The notes under the pieces are model-generated. The model did no database searches. It was given only the letters and a program-made list of their open reading frames with translations, and had not been told where the DNA came from. The position numbers and the translations under genes were made by a program. From an uncultured bacterium (GTDB taxonomy: Bacteria > Chloroflexota > UBA5177 > JANWHV01), in the NCBI GenBank assembly GCA_963729625.1, contig CAVSOU010000008.1, positions 1 to 64,000 of the forward strand: a stretch of DNA of 64,000 bases, given 5' to 3'. Each line of letters starts with the position of its first letter. The first letter of the stretch is position 1. Below, in pieces: positions 1 to 10,192 of this stretch.

Positions 1-297
1 TGTGTTCGCCTGGATTTCGCAGGGCTGCCCTACCGGATCCCCGGCTTTCCCATGCAATATGGCAGGTATTCACAAAACTCAAGCTCGTGCCTTAGCAACG
101 GAGGCGGATTCGGTGTCGCGGGCAAAAGCAACGGTGGTCTCGGCCTGTATGGCGAGAGCGCCAACAATTGCGGCGTCTATGGCGTTAGCCATGACGGGAG
201 TACTGCACGTGTTTTCGGGACCAATGATGGCGGAGGTTCCGCTGGTGCGTTTCAAGGCGATGTTGAGTCCTTGTGCCCGTCCATTGGACCGTGGTAA
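1..297 (+). pseudogene. Fragment of Gly-rich (GVxG) repeat protein, possibly running in from the window edge
   Basis: Repeats GFGVAGKSN/GLGLYGES/GVYGVSHD/VFGTND/AGAFQGDV in the frame of ORF 52..297. Confidence 0.35.
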
Positions 298-341
298 GAC
301 CCAGATGCAACGAAGGAGACAAACGAGATGAGGGCTGCTCA

Positions 342-1517
342 ATGAAGAAGATCCGCACAGATCACGTGGTGGCATCGCTGGTTCTCGTCGGGACTTTGGT
401 CGCCAGTGCCGGCATTACGGGCTCGAGCGTGGCGGCGCCCAATACCGGCATGCCGCCGGGAACCGACGTCTTCCCCTCCTCGGCCTACGTTGCCCCCACG
501 GCGGCGGGGACCAAGCTCGGCGCGTACAACATCTCCCGCTTCGAGGAGATCGTCATCCTGGGCCTCAACGAGGGTGACCTGTCGGTCATCGATACGCACG
601 TGTCGCCGACGGTCGTCGACCACCAGTTCTACGGGCCCGGGTACCCGAGGAGCCGCGCAGGGATCAAGGCCCTCACAGCCGCGCTGCGTACTGGCTTTCC
701 CGACCTCCACGCCGTGCCCACCACACTCGTGGCCTCCAACGACGGCACCCAGACGTTCGCCATCATCGAGACGACCGGCACCAACACCGGCAGCTACCTC
801 GGCGTCCCTCCGACCCACCGCAAGGTCACCATCAACATTGAAGAGTCGGCGCTGTGGAAGGACGGCGTGATGGTGGAGCACTGGGGCGTGGTCGACAACA
901 TCGGCCTCCTGGCACAGATGGGGCTCTTCCCGCTCTCACTGTTCCCGAAATTCTCCGTCAAGTTGCTGGCCCCGCAGTACCAGCAGCAGTTGGCCCACCC
1001 GCCGACGCTCAACTATATCACCGCCACCACGCCGCAGGCCATGCTGGCGGCGGCCACGCGGTCGGTCAAGGCGGTGGCCCAGGGTGACATGTTCGCCGAT
1101 TCGGAGATCGTGGCCCCCAACTACGTCGACTACGAGTACTACGGGGAGGGGTATCCGTCGAAACCGTCCGTCGACAAGCACAAGTTGGCCATCGGCGTCA
1201 ACAAGACCGCCATCCCGAACCTGCATACGGCGATCCACGAGCTGCAGGCGATCGGCCCGCAGGTCTTCGGCATCTGCGAGGCTACGGGCACCAACACCGG
1301 GAATTTCATCACCGCACCAGCGACCGGCAAGACGATCGACTTCAACCTGTTCGAGTATTGGCACTTCAACGCGAAAGGTCAGGTCGACTGGCACAACGGC
1401 GTCGCCGACCTCTTCACTCTGATCTACGAGCTGGGCTTTGTGAACCCCGCCCAAGTCCCGACCTATAGCCCGAGCAAGGTCGACAAGCAGTACCTGCCGG
1501 AGTTGGCAAAGGGCTAA
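342..1517 (+). CDS. Secreted tandem SnoaL-like ester cyclase (two NTF2-fold domains)
   Basis: Signal-peptide-like N-terminus MKKIRTDHVVASLVLVG; two repeats of PDLH/PNLH...TGTNTG.(Y/F)...P(P/A)T.K....H(W/N)GV.D. Confidence 0.8.
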   Translation: MKKIRTDHVVASLVLVGTLVASAGITGSSVAAPNTGMPPGTDVFPSSAYVAPTAAGTKLGAYNISRFEEIVILGLNEGDLSVIDTHVSPTVVDHQFYGPGYPRSRAGIKALTAALRTGFPDLHAVPTTLVASNDGTQTFAIIETTGTNTGSYLGVPPTHRKVTINIEESALWKDGVMVEHWGVVDNIGLLAQMGLFPLSLFPKFSVKLLAPQYQQQLAHPPTLNYITATTPQAMLAAATRSVKAVAQGDMFADSEIVAPNYVDYEYYGEGYPSKPSVDKHKLAIGVNKTAIPNLHTAIHELQAIGPQVFGICEATGTNTGNFITAPATGKTIDFNLFEYWHFNAKGQVDWHNGVADLFTLIYELGFVNPAQVPTYSPSKVDKQYLPELAKG

Positions 1518-1554
1518 GCGAGCGCGGCTTCGGCTCCCTCAGCACCAGTGTTGC

Positions 1555-1596
1555 CCCTCCCACTATGGCGGTAGCGTGGCCTCCATAGTGGGAGGG
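1555..1596. terminator. 14-bp perfect hairpin (terminator or REP-like)
   Basis: CCCTCCCACTATGG...CCATAGTGGGAGGG, about 40 bp after the stop at 1517. Confidence 0.55.
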
Positions 1597-2297
1597 TCGG
1601 AATTCGTCCACTGAAACCGTCTCGTTTAAGAACAAGATGGTATCCAGTCGGGCCTGTCGGCTGGCAGAGGACCAGCAGGCGCGGGCGGAGTTGGCCGCCA
1701 GGTCACGCTTGCGTGCGGCCGGCGTCCGTGTGCCCGCCGAGGGATTTGCAAATCCCGCACGGGTTGCGCAGAGCGCTCTTTCTGCCGGCATCTTACGCGC
1801 CGCGCAGCGTCGAGGCGCTCCTGCCGATCTGCGGTGGGCAGAGCAGGCGTCCCGAGGCGCTGTTGCGAGCGACCAGTACGCGTGCCGCGCCGTTCCCTGA
1901 CAGCGCGAGCATGGAGGGTGCGTAGTTCGACCCATGTGCTGGCCTGATTGCTACGCGCATCAGGCTGTAGACTCGACTCTCCTCAGCGACCCACGTGAGG
2001 CCAGCATTCAGCCAATCGCGTGCTGGAGTTGAGGGTGTGGAGCGGATGGCACCAGTTCGACCATGCAACCCGTTCTTGGGAAAGCTGAGTACTCGCGACC
2101 CGGCACCTGCTGCTCGCGTGCGGCGTACATAGGCGATGTCGTCCTCGTCTCGCGACCAACGGCTGCGCCAGCGGCGTTCAAGGCCGTCGCGGCGTCTCTG
2201 CCATGATACCACCCGGCGTGGGCACGTACGCCGCAGCACATAGGGCCAGCGATACGCTCCTCTCCGCTCCTCCGCATCCAGCTCCGGCAAGGTCACC

Positions 2298-2409
2298 TTG
2301 GCAGAGCGACTTCTTCCTGCACGAGCGCGCCTCCACGGCCGACCACCGCGCACGACAGCACCAATGCCAGCAGCAGGCCTTCCTTCCTGCTGCGCGATGG
2401 GGTGTAGCA
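2298..2409 (-). repeat. comM: comM fragment A (leader plus about codons 1-25, start codon CTG, degenerate)
   Basis: Aligns to about 20317-20430; encodes LLALVLSCAVVGRGGALVQEEV versus MLAMVLSCAVVGLDGALVQVEV. Confidence 0.85.
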
Positions 2410-2487
2410 TAGGGAGGGGACTTCTTCGTCTTGGCGCGATGCAGAAGCCCGGGCGGACACAGACGGATTGAGATGCGCCCTCGGCCG

Positions 2488-2762
2488 TCAGCATTTACGC
2501 GAGACGTTCTCTATGTCTGTCGTTGTGCAGTTGCCCAGAAGGTGCAAAATCACTTTGGGCGGAGAGCCGTGACCACGCTTATGTCGCTGAAATCGGAGTC
2601 TTTGGTGACGATGGTTAAGTCATGCATCTGGGCGTACGACCACACCTCGAGATCCGTCACCCTGTCGAGAGCAATCACTTCGGTGTGGGTGGCCTCAGGG
2701 TAGAGATCCACCAATCGGCTCGCCAGTCTTGCCGACAGGTTGTGGTCGAACAGCAGTCTCAT
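2488..2762 (-). pseudogene. DUF5615 PIN-like toxin, frameshifted near 2572
   Basis: MRLLFDHNLS...IVTKDSDF, continuing in a shifted frame as HGSPPKVILHLLGNCTTTDIENV. Confidence 0.8.
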
Positions 2763-2815
2763 GCGCGAACGATGAGGTGGTGCGCCTCGCGATCTGCCGC
2801 ATAGCTCAGGCAATC
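2759..2815 (-). pseudogene. C-terminal remnant of DUF433 antitoxin
   Basis: DCLSYAADREAHHLIVRA* with ATGA overlap into the DUF5615 gene. Confidence 0.65.
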
Positions 2816-2943
2816 TGTAGCACGCCATGCGTTCGGCAATGCCGCCTGCGCTCCAGCGGAACTCGATTTGGCCCATTTTCGTTCACAGACCTATCCGCGA
2901 ACAGCCCCAGTGGTTCTCAGCGCTCTCCCCAATTCGCTTAGCA

Positions 2944-4113
2944 TCAATAGACGCATGCGTGTGCCTCATCCGAAAACGCACGCAACAACTGCGGCTCGGC
3001 CTCGAAGAAGTGGTCCGAGGGAGAAAGGATATACCCTCCATTGCCTCCCGCGGCCTCGAAGCATCGTCGTACCTCGGCTCTTGTGGCCTCGGGCGTACAT
3101 CCCACAAAGAAATGGAACTGATCGAACCCTCCGATCATGCACACCTTGTCGCCGATGCGGCGCTTAGCCTCGGCCAGATCGACGTCGGCCCCCATGCCTT
3201 CAGGCGTGAAGGTCTCCATGGCATCAGGCCGCATGGCAGCCACACGGTCCAGGAGCGGCATCATGCCGCCGCACGTGTGGTACACGACCCGTTGGCCGGC
3301 GCGGTGGAATTCACAGATAAGTTCGCTGTCGTAGGGTGCGACGAAGTCATCGAACAACTTGGGCGAGATAACGGTGGATGAAGCCGCGCCGCCACCAAGC
3401 TCGATCAGGTCGTAGCGCGCCCCCTTAAGAGACTCAATGTAGGTCTTCTTCTTGGCTCGCAAGATCCCCAGCAACGCGTGCACCCATGCCGGATCGTCAT
3501 ACGTGGCAAGGATGAGGCCTTGTATATCGAACACGCACGCGGCATCTTGCCAGCAACCCGCCTGGCCATACGAGATATCAAAGCCAGCGCCCGAGCCCCG
3601 TACCATGCCCCGCTCGCCGTAAGTGTCGGCTGTCTTGTTCACGGACTCGACGTCGCATGCCGGCACAGGCATGAACTCGGCAATGAGATCGATGTCTTCC
3701 TTGCGCTTGATCAAATACTCGGTCACCCACGTCGTATGCTCATTTGACTGCAGTACGGTGGTGAGCGTGCCCTTTGGTGTTACGTAGCGGTAGCGCGTGG
3801 TCGTGTGTTCGTGGCCGGGAATGTCTTCACTGTAGACGCGCCACTGGTCGCTCACAATACGTCGGACGGGGCCCAGCAAGGTCGCAATAGGTTCTGGATG
3901 CTCTGGATCGTGGTACTGGCCATCGGCCGGCTTGGTCGGCGCCGCCCAAATGATCGGATCAAGATCAAAATGGTCGAAGAAGTCCTGGGTCGACATGCCG
4001 CGCATCGTTGTGTCCAGGAACGACGTCATGACATGATGGGTAGTGACCGGCAGCCGGTCAAGCGTCTTCATATCCAGCGCCGACAAGAATCGCTGCTTCG
4101 ATGTCAGTTGCAT
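2944..4113 (-). CDS. Uroporphyrinogen decarboxylase/MtaA-like family protein (paralog 1)
   Basis: TSKQRFLSAL..DRLPV, ISPKLFDDFVAPY, YHTCGG, GGYILSPSDH; RBS GGAGG. Confidence 0.85.
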   Translation of the reverse strand: MQLTSKQRFLSALDMKTLDRLPVTTHHVMTSFLDTTMRGMSTQDFFDHFDLDPIIWAAPTKPADGQYHDPEHPEPIATLLGPVRRIVSDQWRVYSEDIPGHEHTTTRYRYVTPKGTLTTVLQSNEHTTWVTEYLIKRKEDIDLIAEFMPVPACDVESVNKTADTYGERGMVRGSGAGFDISYGQAGCWQDAACVFDIQGLILATYDDPAWVHALLGILRAKKKTYIESLKGARYDLIELGGGAASSTVISPKLFDDFVAPYDSELICEFHRAGQRVVYHTCGGMMPLLDRVAAMRPDAMETFTPEGMGADVDLAEAKRRIGDKVCMIGGFDQFHFFVGCTPEATRAEVRRCFEAAGGNGGYILSPSDHFFEAEPQLLRAFSDEAHACVY

Positions 4114-4632
4114 TCGTGTCCTCCCCTCGGTTCGGCAAATGACGTGTGGATATCCTAGCTCAGCCGCGTCGCGCGCCCATCGCGCAACCAGATCACCCAA
4201 CACTACTCACGCGCGATCGCGATGCAGCCGATGCCGCGCACCTTCGCGCTGCTCGGTGGTATTCCATACTGCAAAGCTTGAGGGCAGAGGCCGTCTCTTG
4301 CCTAAGTGCTCGACCATGGTCTTGGATCCTCCGTCATTGCTCGAGCAGAACTGTTGGCCCACGTCGCGGGTCGTCTAGAACGGACGTTTGCGTACGATCT
4401 TGAAGGTGTAGGCGTCGTCACACGGTCGCACGCCGGGACAGGAGATCGTCAGCCCGTCGGGCGTCTGCCGCCAGTCAAGATGTCCTTCGTTGCCTAGCAT
4501 CGACACCGAGTCGATTTCCGAACCATACAGAGCGCGGCGCCCCGTCAGCCTGGTGCCCGCCGACGTGATTGTAAGCTCACACGCGCCGGAGAGGCAACCT
4601 AACCGCGCAGGAAATCGAAAGGTTGGCTTGTC

Positions 4633-5466
4633 GTGCGCTTCTCGCTTTACTCGCCTATCGCGAAGCTTGCCAGCTACGTCCTCCTGATCCTGCTGGCGGC
4701 GGCGGTCATATTTCCGGCGCTATGGCTCTCGATCAGTGCCTTCAAGGACTCGTCCGAGATCTTCGCTCACCCATTCTCACTTATTGTGCATCCGGACGCG
4801 GATAACCTCGTGCAAGCGTGGCAGATGGCGCATTACGACCAGCTCTTTGTGAACAGTATTATCATCACCAGTTTGTCGGTGTGTGGCATTCTGGCGTTCG
4901 AGGGGGCGGCAGCTTACGCGTTTGCTCGTCTCGACTTTCCAGGCCGGAACGTGCTCTTCATCATCTTCATGATTGGACAGATGGTCCCCGCGCAAATGAT
5001 CCTTCTCCCATCGTTCGTTGAGATCTCCTGGATAGGGTTGACCGACACGAAGCTAGGACTGATTCTCCAATACCTGAGCTGGGCTCCCTTTGCTATCCTG
5101 TTCCTGCGTGCCAGCTTCGTGGCGGTGCCGGTGGAGATCGAGGAAGCCGCGATAATCGATGGGGCCGGGCGACTGGTCATCTTGGTCAGGATCATGCTGC
5201 CCATGACTAAGGCGGCTTTCGCCACCATCGCCACGGTCTACACGCTGTGGATCTGGAACGACTTCCTCTTCCCGTTGACCTACCTGCGGTCCGCCTCGAA
5301 CTTCACCGTTCCCCTAGGACTGGCGACATTCCAGGGCATGTTCACCACCTACTGGGGACAGCTGGTCGGAGCGATCTGCATAGCCATCTGGCCGCCTATG
5401 ATTCTATACATTTTGCTGAGCAAGCCGATCCAGTCCAGCCTTGCCAGCGGCGGCGTCAAACTCTAG
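4633..5466 (+). CDS. Carbohydrate ABC transporter permease (MalG-type)
   Basis: AYAFARLDFPGR, EAA motif EIEEAAIIDGAG, WNDFLFP. Confidence 0.9.
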   Translation: MRFSLYSPIAKLASYVLLILLAAAVIFPALWLSISAFKDSSEIFAHPFSLIVHPDADNLVQAWQMAHYDQLFVNSIIITSLSVCGILAFEGAAAYAFARLDFPGRNVLFIIFMIGQMVPAQMILLPSFVEISWIGLTDTKLGLILQYLSWAPFAILFLRASFVAVPVEIEEAAIIDGAGRLVILVRIMLPMTKAAFATIATVYTLWIWNDFLFPLTYLRSASNFTVPLGLATFQGMFTTYWGQLVGAICIAIWPPMILYILLSKPIQSSLASGGVKL

Positions 5467-5515
5467 CGCGTGGAGCATTGGCCGGCGCCTGTCAGGCGCT
5501 CTGGGGGAGATTGCG

Positions 5516-6733
5516 ATGAATGGGCGAGACCGCGTGCTCGCGGCGCTGAACCACGAAGAAACTGAACGAGTTCCTCTCGACCTTGGGGCGCACCGGTCAT
5601 CCGGAATAGCTGCTATCGCCTATCCTAAGCTGCGAGCGTATCTTGGCCTGCCCCAAAAGCCCGTCCGCGTCTACGACTTCGTCCAGCAACTCGCCGTAAT
5701 CGACGACGATGTCTTGGATCTCTTTGGCGCCGACGCCATCGAGATGGGGCGCGGTTTCGCCTTGGAGGAGAAGGACTGGAAGGAGTGGACGTTGCCCGAT
5801 GGGACGCCCTGCCAGATTCCGGCCTGGACCAACCCCGTGCGCGACGGCAAGAGATGGGTGGTACGCTCCAAGACCGGCAGATTGATCGGCCAGATGCCCG
5901 ACGGAGCATTGTACTTTGAGTCGTGCTATTACCCGTTCGCCGGTGAGAAGCCTGATCTCGATCATCTCGGCAGCGTCGAGGCAATCCTGTGGTCAACTCC
6001 GAGTCCGCCTGGCCCTCTGGGCGATGGCGCGGCCGGCGACGCGGCGCTCGTGGAGGGTGCCCGACTACTGCGCCAGCGAACCGACCGGGCCATTGTAGGG
6101 CTGTTTGGCGGGAATTTGCTGGAGTCTGGCCAGCTTTCGTTTCGACACGACATATTCATGACCATGCTGGCAGCCGAGCCCGAATACGTGCACTCCTATC
6201 TCGAGCGCTTGACCGAGCCGCACCTCGCCAACCTGGAGAAGTACCTCGGACTTGTTGGTCGCTACATCGACGTGATCCTGTTCGGCGACGATCTGGGCAT
6301 GCAGACCGGACCGCAGATCTCACCCAAGATGTACAGGGAGTTCTTCAAGCCCCGCCATACGCGGATGTGGAAGCGAGCGAAGGAGCTGGCCAACGTCAAG
6401 GTGCTGTTGCACTGTTCCGGCGGCGTTCGGCCGCTGCTTCCCGATCTCATCGAGGCAGGGCTGGACGCCATGAACCCCGTGCAGATCAGCTGTGCCGGCA
6501 TGGATGCCGCCGAGCTCAAGCGCGACTTCGGGAATGATCTCACGTTTTGGGGTGGTGGCTGCGACACGCGGTGGATCCTCGCGCATGGCACGCCCGCGGA
6601 GATTCGTAATCACGTAGGAATGCAGGTCGAGACCCTTCGTCCATGCGGTGGATTCGTGTTTCAGCAAGTGCACAATATTCTCGCGGACGTGCCGCCCGAG
6701 AATATCGTGGCCATGCTCGAAGCGGTCAACTAG
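5516..6733 (+). CDS. URO-D/MtaA-like family protein (paralog 2)
   Basis: GRDRVLAALNHEETERVPLD, GDDLGMQ, ISPKMYREFFKP, LHCSGG, GGFVFQQVHNI. Confidence 0.85.
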   Translation: MNGRDRVLAALNHEETERVPLDLGAHRSSGIAAIAYPKLRAYLGLPQKPVRVYDFVQQLAVIDDDVLDLFGADAIEMGRGFALEEKDWKEWTLPDGTPCQIPAWTNPVRDGKRWVVRSKTGRLIGQMPDGALYFESCYYPFAGEKPDLDHLGSVEAILWSTPSPPGPLGDGAAGDAALVEGARLLRQRTDRAIVGLFGGNLLESGQLSFRHDIFMTMLAAEPEYVHSYLERLTEPHLANLEKYLGLVGRYIDVILFGDDLGMQTGPQISPKMYREFFKPRHTRMWKRAKELANVKVLLHCSGGVRPLLPDLIEAGLDAMNPVQISCAGMDAAELKRDFGNDLTFWGGGCDTRWILAHGTPAEIRNHVGMQVETLRPCGGFVFQQVHNILADVPPENIVAMLEAVN

Positions 6734-6969
6734 ATGACCCGTGCCGAAGGATCTCGCCGGACCACTTCTGCCGCCCGCCTCACGATCGACGCTCGAGGCC
6801 GCTCGCTGCGTAGCCCTGATTGGTCATACCCAGGTCATTAGGTGGGGTTCTATCTGCCGTGCTTCGACCACCGCCGGGAACGGACCCGGCAGCGCTCCGG
6901 CCGGGTGTTCCAGCCTACGGACCGCCTTCTACAAGCAGTCGGTAGCTATCGGAAATCGGGAGTATTCGT

Positions 6970-8480
6970 ATGCAACAACCCTACGAACCCAACTGGCGAT
7001 CCCTGCGCGAACATCACACGCCCCAATGGCTCAAGGATGGGAAGTTCGGTATCTACACGCACTGGGGCGTCTACTCCGTACCGGCCTGCGGACCAAACGG
7101 CACGTGGTACCCCTACAACATGTACCACAAGAACAAGGCGCTCGGACACCCTTCCGGCGTGGCCGGAAACCCGCAGTATGACTTTCACGTTGCGCAGTAT
7201 GGCGGGCCCGAGGTATTCGGCTACAAGGACTTCATCCCCATGTTCACCGCCGAGAAGTTCGACCCGGATGAGTGGGCGGAACTGTTCAAGCAGGCAGGCG
7301 CCCGCTTCGCCGGCCCAGTCGGCGAGCACCACGACGGCTTCACCATGTGGGATACCAAACTGTCCGAGTGGAGCGCGGTCAGGATGGGGCCAAAGCGCGA
7401 CGTGGTGGGCCAGCTCGAGAGGGCCATCCGCGGCCTGGGGATGCGGTTCATGGTCGCCCTTCATCACGCGGAGAATTGGTGGTTCTACCCGCACTGGGTG
7501 AAGGAGTATGACACCGCCGACCCGCGGTATGCCGGCCTATACGGGCCGCCGCACAACGCGGCTGGCCCGATCGGGCCAGCCGCGTCGCGACCCCAGGAGC
7601 GCGGCGCCGTATTCACCCATGTCTGGCCATTCGAGGACCAGGATAAGCCGAGCGAGGAGTTCCTCGACCAGTGGAAAGCCAAGACCCTCGAGGTGATCGA
7701 TAGATACCGTCCTGACCTGATGTGGTGGGATTTTGCCCTGGAACGCGTTCAGGAGCGTTACAAGCTGGAGTACCTAGCCTACTACTACAACAGGGCCGCC
7801 GAATGGGGCAAGGAAGTGGTAGTCACCTACAAGTGGAACCATCTCGTCCCAGGCTCCGCAGTCATCGACCTTGAGCTGGGCCGGTTCAAGGATCAGACCT
7901 ACCATGACTGGATTACCGATACCTCGGTCGACAACCAGGGCGCCTGGTCCTTCGTGCAGGACGCTGCCTACAAGCCGGTGAGCGCGCTGATCCACCATTT
8001 GGTGGACAACGTGAGTAAGAACGGCTATCTGCTGCTCAACGTGGGTCCGCGCGCCGACGGCACGATCCCGGACGAGGCGAAGGAACGCCTGCGCGGGCTG
8101 GGCAGTGGCTGGCGGTCAACGGCGAAGCGATCTACGAGACGGCACCCTGGATGGTCTACGGCGAGGGGCCGACCCAGATGACCGCCGAAGGTGCGTTCAG
8201 CGAGGAGCAGGAGGTGGAGTACTCGGGCCAGGACATCCGCTTCACCACAAAGGATGGCGCGCTGTACGCGATCTGCCTCGGCTGGCCTGGCAGGCGGGTG
8301 ACCCTGGCATCCGTGGCACCGTTGCTGTACGAGTCGGAGATCCGCTCAGTGACCCTGCTGGGACACGAGGGCGCGCTTGCCTGGAGCCTGAGCCCGGAAG
8401 GGTTGACTATTGAGACACCGAACCAGCGGCCCTGCGACCATGCCTATGTGTTCAAGATCTCTCGCGGGAAGCCATTCTGA
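6970..8480 (+). CDS. Alpha-L-fucosidase (GH29), single frameshift near 8101
   Basis: KFGIYTHWGVYSVP, EHHDGF, DNVSKNGYLLLNVGP; continues as QWLAVNGEAIYET...DIRFT in ORF 8151..8480; shift lies at a G run. Confidence 0.9.
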
Positions 8481-8502
8481 GTGAGATATGGTCGCGTTCC
8501 GG

Positions 8503-8534
8503 CTCCTCCGGCCGGGCTATTCCTGCCGGAGGAG
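8503..8534 (+). terminator. Hairpin downstream of the fucosidase
   Basis: CTCCTCCGGC...GCCGGAGGAG 10-bp stem. Confidence 0.5.
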
Positions 8535-8559
8535 TATCGGTGGCAGGCGTGTATTCCTT

Positions 8560-8760
8560 CCCGCAGGTGCCCCACCAGCGCCGCCAGGTGCTCCACCGGG
8601 ATGATCGTCACACCCTCCACCAGGGCCGCTTCCTGCGCGTCCACCGCCGGCACGAACACGGTGGTGATGCCGTGCTCGCGCGCCAGGGCGACCATCGGCA
8701 GGATGCCGTTGGTGTGGCACAGCGTGCCGTCCAGTCCCAGCTCGCCCAGGAAGAGGCAGC
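8560..8760 (-). repeat. comM: comM fragment B (about codons 101-167)
   Basis: CLFLGELGLDGTLCHTNGILPMVALAREHGITTVFVPAVDAQEAALVEGVTIIPVEHLAALVGHLR, near-identical to 19891-20091. Confidence 0.92.
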
Positions 8761-8969
8761 GATCCACCCGCGCTACGCGCGTCCGTCACGCGTCGGGAAT
8801 GTAACAATGGTGCCGAAGTCACCGAAGTACGGGGCCTGGCCGGCACTTTGACGCGCGCCGGGCGCCCTACCGCGGCTATACTCGAATTCAAAGCTGAGAA
8901 TGCGGCGTGGGACTCGCGGAGTTAGATCAGCTGCATAGTGCTTGGCAGTTCTCGAAAGGAGACCTTGCC

Positions 8970-9983
8970 ATGGAATCTCGTGAGCGAGTCATCCGCGCAA
9001 TAGGTTTCTCCAAGCCGGATCGACCGCCAATCCAGCACGCCATCCTGCCCGCCGCCCAATATCATTACGGAGCCGCGCTGAAGCAAATCACCGACGCCGT
9101 GCCAGAGGACTTCGGCTGGGGGTTGTTGCCTGATCTGCCTGCCGAGAAGCTTCCACCGCTGTACAAAGAAGGAGAACAGCGAGACGAGTTCGGTACGCTC
9201 TGGAAGGTCACACATCAGGGTAGGTGCGGCATCCCCATCGACTATCCGATTGCTGCGGACTGGAGCAACTACGCAGACTATCGGTGGCCGACGTTCGGGG
9301 CCGGCGTGCCCAAGTATCGCCTCTATAGCGGGCACATGGAGGGAACGAGCGATTCATACTACGCGCGAGGCGCCTGGATCACTTTCTTCGAGCAACTTCA
9401 ACAACTGCACGGGTTCGAGGCGACCCTCGTGGATCTTGCAACGGATCGCCCTGAGATCTACCGTCTGCGCGACGACCTGCTGCGGTTCAACCTGGACTGG
9501 CTTGATCGATGGCTTGCACATGACTACCAGGGGCTGTATTTTGCGGACGATTGGGGTTCCCAGACAAGTCTGCTGATCTCACCGCGCATGTGGCGCACAT
9601 TCTTCAAGCCTGTCTACGCAGCCATGTTTTCCAAGGTCAAAAGAGCGGGCCTGCATGTCTGGTTTCACAGCGACGGCTACATTACCCCGATCTTGCCGGA
9701 TCTGCTCGAGCTCGGGGTCGACGTGCTAAACTGCGAGCATTCGGTGATGGGTCTCGAGAGCTTGAAGCCTTTTGTAGGCAAGATCTGCTTCCGCACGGAC
9801 CTTGACCGGCAGCACGTCCTGCCTTTCTTCAAGCCTGGCGACATAAAGCCATACATCTGGCATTTGTTCGAAAGTCTTGGCACCCCGGCTGGGGGGATCG
9901 TCGCATCCGGCGACGTCGACGAAGATGTGCCGCTCGCGAATATTGAGGCTATGTACCAGGCATTCCTCGATTTCCGCTATTGA
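8970..9983 (+). CDS. URO-D/MtaA-like family protein (paralog 3)
   Basis: SRERVIRAIGFSKPDRPP, ADDWGSQ, ISPRMWRTFFKP, FHSDG; RBS AAAGGAG. Confidence 0.85.
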   Translation: MESRERVIRAIGFSKPDRPPIQHAILPAAQYHYGAALKQITDAVPEDFGWGLLPDLPAEKLPPLYKEGEQRDEFGTLWKVTHQGRCGIPIDYPIAADWSNYADYRWPTFGAGVPKYRLYSGHMEGTSDSYYARGAWITFFEQLQQLHGFEATLVDLATDRPEIYRLRDDLLRFNLDWLDRWLAHDYQGLYFADDWGSQTSLLISPRMWRTFFKPVYAAMFSKVKRAGLHVWFHSDGYITPILPDLLELGVDVLNCEHSVMGLESLKPFVGKICFRTDLDRQHVLPFFKPGDIKPYIWHLFESLGTPAGGIVASGDVDEDVPLANIEAMYQAFLDFRY

Positions 9984-10192
9984 CTTACGCGGAGATCGCA
10001 ACGATTGAAGCACGACCAGCGCGAAGAGTGAGAAGCAGCTGTGTCGCGGGACCGCATCTCCTGTACTAGCAGCGTGACAGAGCAAGGAGGACCGCCCACG
10101 CGATCCGATGCTGTGCTTGCCGCGGCCCCATGTGTTCGGTTACGATGGCGCCAAGGCCAATTGCGGCCCGGCGACTGAAAGGACGTGACACG

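Noticed and set aside
8823-8835. 13-mer CGAAGTACGGGGC, shared with 16710-16722, upstream of two URO-D genes
   Set aside because: Not palindromic and at very different distances from the start codons; chance cannot be excluded
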